DNA of 64,000 nucleotides from Octopus sinensis (taxonomy: Eukaryota), in the NCBI RefSeq assembly GCF_006345805.1, contig NC_043020.1, positions 12,152,001-12,216,000 of the forward strand, read 5' to 3'. Of the stretch, positions 56,060 to 64,000 are shown piece by piece. The stretch's first letter is position 1; each line of letters opens with the position of its first letter. The position numbers and the translations under genes were made by a program. The notes below the pieces were generated by a model that had not been told where the DNA came from, ran no database searches, and saw only the letters and a list, made by a program, of their open reading frames with translations.

Positions 56060-56832
56060 ACCTATTTCTTTACTGCCCACAAGGGGCTAAATGCAGAGGG
56101 GACAAACGGGTTAAGTCGATTACATCGACCCCTAGTGTGTAACTGGTACTTATTTAATCGACCCCGAAAGGATGAACGGCAAAGTCGACCTCGGCGGAAT
56201 GTGAACTCAGAACGTAGTGGCAGACGAAATACCTATTTCTTTACTACCCACAAGGGGCTAAACGCAGAGGGGACAAACAAGGACAGACATAGGTATTAAG
56301 TCGATTACATCGACCCCAGTGCGTAACTGGTACTTATTTAATCGACCCCGAAAGGATGAACGGCAAAGTCGACCTCGGCAGAATGTGAACTCAGAACGTA
56401 GTGGCAGACGAAATACCTATTTCTTTACTACCCACAAGGGGCTAAACGCAGAGGGGACAAACAAGGACAGACATAGGTATTAAGTCGATTACATCGACCC
56501 CAGTGCGTAACTGGTACTTATTTAATCGACCCCGAAAGGATGAACGGCAAAGTCGACCTCGGCGGAATGTGAACTCAGAACGTAGTGGCAGACGAAATAC
56601 CTATTTCTTTACTACCCACAAGGGGCTAAACGCAGAGGGGACAAACAAGGACAGACATAGGTATTAAGTCGATTACATCGACCCCAGTGCGTAACTGGTA
56701 CTTATTTAATCGACCCCGAAAGGATGAACGGCAAAGTCGACCTCGGCGGAATGTGAACTCAGAACGTAGCGACAGACGAAATACCGCTAAGCATTTTGTT
56801 TGGCGTACTAACGTCTCTGCCAGCTCGCCGCC
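56060..56832 (-). mobile_element. SINE family S3, tandem tetramer (periods 171, 184, 184)
   Basis: cctatttct recurs at 56061, 56232, 56416 and 56600; the head is present only at about 56785-56832. Confidence 0.88.
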
Positions 56833-57581
56833 GCATACCATCAGTGGTATGGCAGTATTTTCAGTTACTGGTTTTAATATAATTTTACATTCTTGAATCA
56901 ACAGGAGAGCCTTTATTTAGTTATTTGACTGTTAGAAATGACAGCCAAATCGACATCAGATAAAGTTGTAGGTAGATTACAGGATGGTTATGTATGGAAT
57001 ATAGGACTGCTGGGGCTAAACAACAACATTACACCTGCATATAGGGTGTGTGCATTAACCCTTTCATTACTGTATTTATTTTGAGATGCTCTGTGTCTCT
57101 TCCAATTATTTTAAATATAACAAAGAATTTAATAAAATAACTTCGTTATCATTAAGCTAGTGTTAGGAACATAAATTGTGACTAAGGTTTGGTGGAAGAT
57201 TTGAATTCAAAACTTTTGAAAACAAGACATTTGTACTACAGAGCCAGAATGAAAGGTTAATTAAATTTTTTTTAATACCTTCGGCATCTTAATAAATTAA
57301 AAGTATATTTACAACATATCTGTCTATCTATTCACCTATCTATCCATTCATTTCTCCATCTATCTATTCACCTATCCGTTTGTCTATTCATGTACCTATC
57401 TCTCTCTCTATCTCTATCTGTCTGTCTATCTTGTCCAACCGTCCATCCATATGTATATGCGTGGGTGTGTTGTTAGAAGTTTTATCTCTAATCACATGGT
57501 GTTAGGTTCTGTGCCTCTGCATCATGGCACCCTCTGGGTGGATTTGGTATAGAAGGAAACTGGAAGAAGCTCATTGTGTGT

Positions 57582-57988
57582 CATCATCATCATCATTTAG
57601 CGTCTGCTTTCCATGCTAGCATGGGTTGGATGGTTCAACTGGGGTCTGGGAAGCCAGAAGGCTGCACCAGGCCCAGTCTGATCTGGCAATGTTTCTACGA
57701 CTGGATGCCCTTCCTAACGCCAACCACTCATTGAGTGTAGTGGGTGCTTTTTTCGTGCCACCGGCACAGGTGCCAGACGAGGCTGGCACATGGCCACGGT
57801 CGGATGGTGCTTTTTACGTGCCAGGTGAGGCTGGCAACGGCCACGGTCGGATGGTGCTTTTTATGTGCCAGACGAGGCTGGCAAACAGCTACGGTCGGAT
57901 GGTGCTTTTTACGTGCCACCGGCGTGGGGGCCAGGCAAGGCTGGCAAACGGCCACGGTCGGATGGTGCTTTTTACGTGCCACCGGCAC
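57582..57988 (-). mobile_element. RTE-LINE 3' end (family R) with several minisatellite units
   Basis: catcatcat tail; repeated cggccacggtcggatggtgcttttt. Confidence 0.78.
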
Positions 57989-58483
57989 ACTAAAGGCTTT
58001 CAGTACTTTAGAAAACTCCACAGCACGCACACACATCAAGGTTAAATAATTAACAAATCCTTATGCCGTGTGCTATTATCTCCTAATTAACCACTAATTA
58101 ACACAGCCAATGTATTGTATCATTTCTTTGTAAATTTCAGCTGAATTTATTTAACGTGATGATGTGTTCTCAGGCATCTCCACGCTTGTGTATGCAAGTA
58201 AGAAACATTCATAACCAAGTCCTTGCATCCGGCTTTGGGATGCTTTTATATATTCATATATTTATTGTTGTTTTCGTGGTTTTGTTTTTATTATTTTAAC
58301 AACTAATCCCTTTCAGAATTGACACAGGATTTTGTGTTGTTGCTTTTTTTATTTTCGTTCACGTTTTATTTGTATTTAAGTACTAACAGTAGTGACTACT
58401 AGCATTGAAAGAGAACAAAGATGTGTCTGTGTCTTCTCAAGAAATGTGTTGTTGTATTGTATGTATCTATCTATCTATGTATG

Positions 58484-58514
<31 letters not shown>

Positions 58515-58616
58515 TTTATTTAAAAGCAGCAGAAATATAACAAAAGCTGTTACTCAGAGTTTCATGTTCCTGTTCGTTGGCCAGCTTTTGTTATATTTCT
58601 GCTGCTTTTAAATAAA
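58515..58616 (-). ncRNA. Perfect 35-bp hairpin with a degenerate type-I hammerhead core at its apex, copy 1
   Basis: Arms 58515-58549 and 58582-58616; minus-strand loop g-CCAACGA-acaggaacat-GAA-ACTCTGAGT-A-a. Confidence 0.6.
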
Positions 58617-58687
58617 GCATATTACTCTACCTCTGGTATTTGAGTACTCTTTTCCCCACTTTGTTTCACATTTATGTGCTTACTCCA

Positions 58688-58734
<47 letters not shown>

Positions 58735-58840
58735 TGAGAAAGAGAAGACTAGACATATATATATATATATATATACATAGATATACACACATACAATACA
58801 ACAACACATCTATTTTAAATATACCATATATATATATATA

Positions 58841-58952
58841 TATGCTTTATTTAAAAGCAGCAGAAATATAACAAAAGCTGTTACTCAGAGTTTCATGTTT
58901 CTGTTCGTTGGCCAGCTTTTGTTATATTTCTGCTGCTTTTAAATAAAGCATA
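58841..58952 (-). ncRNA. Same hairpin-hammerhead, copy 2 (331 nt offset)
   Basis: Identical arms extended by tatgc/gcata; the loop differs by 1 nt. Confidence 0.6.
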
Positions 58953-60675
58953 TTACTCTACCTCTGGGTAGAGTGGCCCAAAACTAAAGAGAGCTAAATA
59001 GTATGACTAATACATCTATAATGACTATATGCCCCGGGGGGGTGTTTGATCAGCGGTTAAGGACGGATGAGAATTAATTCTGTAATGCAATAAATCCTAT
59101 TGTTCCAGTCTCCAAGTTGAATTCCAACTGTTGACCAATTTGTCCCAAAGTTCTTATCTCAACATAAAATTAATGAAGAGAATGTCATTTATCTCCCCTT
59201 TGCTCTCTGACGTCGTCTGACAAATGCCAGCCAAAATAATAATAATAATGAAATTATTGTATACAGTGCTCAGGTGCACCACAACTTGTCAGAAAGTGCA
59301 TATAAAGTACATGCAGTAATGTAGAAATGTCTGGAAAGCGAACAATGTATGAGTCAGATGCATGCTTGCGTGTGTATGGAGGGGAGAAAATCAAGTGTAG
59401 TGTTGGCGAATCTCAGAAAGCATGGAAGTTTTGAAGGATGCAGCGCTCCGACAACTAACAACTGATGCCGGCAGTTTGTTCCATGCTTCAGCAACTCTCA
59501 GCGTGAAAAAATGTTTCCTGAAGTCATGGGAGCTGTGCTGTTTTCTTACTTTGTAAACATGTCCACGGGTGTTAGATGGGTGAGCTTGAAAAGGTGCTCA
59601 GAGTTATTGTTTGTGGCGTGAATTAGCTCAGAGTTATTGTAAGATGGCGGGAATTAGCCAAGCTTTATCTGCTAGAAATAGCAACCCAAATACTTTTAAA
59701 TCAGATCCCAATGCTGGATGTTTGAGAACCAAATGAAGGGCAGATTTTCAATCCCAGGATCATCCTGATTCCAAAAAGGTATAATATGTCTATATAGAGC
59801 AAATGTCGACTAAGATACAGGGGTCCTGGACAGACAGACAGACAGAATTTAGAGTTTGTAATGTAGTTGAGATTGAAGAAATTCAGAAAACTCTTTACTT
59901 TGCTTATGACAAAACTAGCAGTATCGCCTGGCGTTGCTCGGGTTTGTAAGAGAAATAACTATAAAGCATTTTTAGAGAGTTATAGCCAAAAAAATAGCAA
60001 AAAATGCATTAAAAATGAAAAAAAAATTATGGTAAATTTTTTTTTAAATCGTTGATGCGTAGACATTTTTAGAGTTACTTCCCTTATATTTAAAAAATAT
60101 GCATTAAAATGGAAAAAAATGATGGTAAATTTTTTTTTAAATCGTAGACTCATCGTAGACGCGCGCTAATACCCATAAGGGCTCGATATGAATCACGACT
60201 ATAAGATACCCGCTTTTAGTTAAACTGCACTGCAAAATGTGGGAGTAGTTAGGAATCTAAATCAGAGTAGACAGACACACAACCTTTCTTTTATATATAA
60301 AGATATTTGTTCATGTCCTTTATCTGGCTGTCTCCTTTGGTCTCACTGTCTCTTTGAAAGTTTTCTGGTCCATCTCCTTCCTCAGGCTGTCTCCTTGTAC
60401 ATTTCCTATGCCCGGTTGTTTCTCCTCTTTCTCTCTCGGGCTGTCATTCCCTTGTATGTCTATTTCTTCTTTGGCAGTCTCCTTCCTCAAGCAGTCCCCT
60501 ATATCAAGCTCTCTCCTCCTTAAACGTATTTCCTGTCATGCGGGCCTCCTTGTATTGTCCTTCTTCATCTCACTATCTCCTCCTTTGTCCATCTCAGATA
60601 TTTGAACATTTGATTGATACAAGATCAAACAGCTATCATAAGGTGGAGGTCAAACTGACTGAAATAATCCATATA

Positions 60676-61248
60676 CAGGGTCAGGCAAAATGATCTGACA
60701 CATTTGCAGGTTAAATAAAAGGCAAATGAAGTAAAGAAACAAAAAAGTGTTTTTATTTTTGAAAAGTACATATAATGCCATTTTGTTTCATTATGTTTTA
60801 AAAATTAAATCAGTCAAATGGGATCCATTATTGCCCTCACACTGTCGAAGGGGTTCACGAAAGTTGTCAATAACTCAGCGCGCTTAAACGTGGAACGGCG
60901 TGGAGACTATTGAACTGAAGCTCTTACCGCTGCCACATTTTCTGGACTTCTGGCAGTGCGAGGTCGGCCGGTTGATTTTCGTTTCAATGCAGATCCAGTA
61001 GCTCTGAAGTTGGTAACCCATAACAAGATCGTGTTTCGAGCTGGTACGGGATCATGTCTACCAAGATTGAAGTGCAAACGGAACGCTCTTTGTGTTGCAG
61101 TTACAGAATCGTTTGTTTTGATAAACGTTTCCACAATGAAAGCGCGATGCTCACCAGTCCAATTCATGGCAGCAACTGAAAAAAAGAAACGAAAAACAAT
61201 GCCTTTTATTTAACCTACAAATGTGTCAGATCATTTTGCCTGACCCTG
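60676..61248 (-). mobile_element. Tc1/mariner-superfamily internal-deletion derivative with a DUF4817-like HTH N-terminus
   Basis: TA flanks; 49-bp TIR with 1 mismatch; ORF 61167-60907 MNWTGEHRAFIVETFIKTNDSVTATQRAFR..; C-terminal remnant VIDNFREPLRQCEGNNGSHLTDLIFKT*. Confidence 0.88.
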
Positions 61249-61505
61249 TATATTACTGGTACATTTACAACTGATAGTAGAGGGGTGGAAAGAAAGTCAA
61301 CAACCTTTGACAATATCTAAACTTAATCCTTTCAAAATTAATCCTTTTTTATCCACATTGTTTTGAACTAATCATGCATTATCTTGTAGCTTTGAGATTT
61401 TGATGAGGCAGATGTTAATTTTTAAGATGATATTGTAGGGTTGGTGTGAGAGACCAGAGCTGGCCAGTTTGAACATAAAACAGGCAGAATACTTTTGGCC
61501 GGATA

Positions 61506-62779
61506 TACTTACATACATACACACACATATACATACATACACACACACATACATACACATAAATACACACATACATACACACACACATACATGCACACAC
61601 ATATATACACACACATACATACATGCACACACATATATACACACACATACATACATGCACACATACATACACATACGTACATGCACACATACATATACAC
61701 ATACATACATACACACATACATACATACACGCATACATATACACATACATACACACATACATACACATACACACACGCATACATACACACACACATACAT
61801 ACACACACACACACATACACACATACACACATACACACATACATACACACATACATACACACACACATACACACACACATACATACATATATACACACAC
61901 ACATACGCATACATACACACATACATACAAACACACATACACACACACATACACACATACATACACACACACATACATACACACACACACATACACACAC
62001 ACATACATACACACACACACATACATACACATACACACATACACATACATACACACACACACATACATACACACACATACATACACACCACATACTACAT
62101 ACACACACAACACTATACAACACACATACATACACCAACATACCTACACACACACATACACACACACACATACACCCATATACACACACACATACACCAC
62201 ACACCCATACATACCACACACATACATACACACACACATACACACACCTACATACATATACACACACCACATACACATACACCAACACACATACATACAT
62301 TACAAACACACAACACACACATACATACACACATACATACAACACACACACCACATACATACACACACATATACACATACACACACACAATACACAATAC
62401 ACACACATACATCCACACACACATACATACATACATACATCATAATACATACATACACACACCTGCATACTCCACACATACATACACATACATACACACA
62501 TACACACACACACATACACCATACACACATACACACACATACATACATACACACCACACACACATACATACACACACATACATACACACATACATACACA
62601 CACACACACGTACACACGCACATACATACACACACACATACACACACACACACACACATACACATACATACACACACACATACATACATACACACACACA
62701 TACATACACATACACATACACACATACATACACACATACATACACATACATACACACACATACATATACACACACACAT

Positions 62780-62810
<31 letters not shown>

Positions 62811-63304
62811 CACACATACACACACACATACACCACATACATACACATACATACACACACACACACATACATACACATACATACATACATACACACATAC
62901 ATACACATACATACACACACATACATACACACACACACACATACACACACACATACACACACACACACACATACACACACACACATACATACACACACAC
63001 ATACATACACACACACATACATACACACACACACATACATACACACATACATACACCACATACACACATACATACACACATACATACACCACCATACATA
63101 CACACACAACACTACATACACACATACATACACCACATACATACACCACACACACATACATTACACACACACATACATACACACACACATTACATACACA
63201 CCACACATACACCCCATAACATACACATACATACACACACACACACATACATACACATACATACACACATACATACACATACATACACACACATACATAC
63301 ACAG

Positions 63305-63336
<32 letters not shown>

Positions 63337-64000
63337 ACACACATACACACACACACACATACACACACACATACATACACACACACATACATACACACAC
63401 ACACATACATACACACATACATACACCACATACATACACACACCACATACATACACACATACATACACCACATACATACACACACACACATACATACACA
63501 CATACATACACCACATACATACACACACACATACATACACACACACATACACACACACATACATACATATACACACACACATACGCATACACACACACAT
63601 ACATACATACAAACACACACACACACATACATACACACATACATACAAACACACACACACATACATACACACATACACACATACACACATACATAAATAC
63701 ACACACATACATACACACACATACATACACACACACATACATACACACACACATACATACATACATACATAATACATACATACACACACACATGCATACT
63801 CACACACATACATACACATACATACACACATACACACACACACATACATACATACACACATACACACACATACATACATACACACACACACACACATACA
63901 TATACACACGCACATACATACACACACACGTACACACACACACACATACACACACACACACACTACATACATACCCACACCCACATACATACACACACAT
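61506..64000. repeat. Compound (CA)n/(CATA)n microsatellite array, >2.4 kb, running off the window end
   Basis: Almost pure CA/TA dinucleotides; source of the HTHT/CVCV pseudo-ORFs. Confidence 0.98.

Noticed and set aside
56060-56832. Regularly spaced repeats resembling a CRISPR array (also 7541-8105 and 39087-39793)
   Set aside because: Units are repeated in full with no unique spacers, the context is eukaryotic, and the units are SINE or MITE sequence
52286-57300. UPF2 poly(A) site
   Set aside because: Several AATAAA-like strings occur in AT-rich repeats and none can be singled out from sequence alone
61372-64000. Long ORFs of 200-816 aa (HTHT.. / CVCV..)
   Set aside because: They are translations of a CA/TA microsatellite that lacks stop codons in those frames; there is no domain content

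Overview
Eukaryotic, AT-rich, repeat-dense genomic DNA, most likely a coleoid cephalopod (Octopus-type SINE/RTE repeat landscape; species is inference). The only real protein-coding gene is a + strand UPF2 (regulator of nonsense transcripts 2, NMD factor). I traced 30 GT-AG coding exons from 1842 to 52285. They join in frame to give about 958 codons covering the end of MIF4G-1, MIF4G-2, MIF4G-3, the acidic linker and the C-terminal UPF1-binding region. The 5' end lies upstream of the window. Introns and the downstream region are filled with tRNA-derived SINEs (at least 4 families), 3' ends of RTE and CR1 LINEs, TTAA-flanked piggyBac-like MITEs, hAT-, Tc1/mariner- and Helitron-like non-autonomous elements, and microsatellites, ending in a >2.4 kb (CA/TA) array. 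Nearly all ORFs in the supplied track are repeat or microsatellite artefacts. The most notable unannotated signal is six type-I hammerhead-ribozyme-shaped motifs from several unrelated repeat families. Two have an intact CUGACGA/GAAA core, 710 nt apart and antisense just downstream of the UPF2 stop. Two form a tandem pair 331 nt apart, each at the apex of a perfect 35-bp hairpin. One is on the sense strand in an intron, and one is a minimal antisense motif in intron 1. Also notable are SINE and MITE tandem multimers with identical junctions at independent loci, local fold-back inversions, and a UPF2 stop codon that overlaps a consensus 5' splice site. All calls are by eye; repeat boundaries are approximate unless TSD/TIR positions are given.
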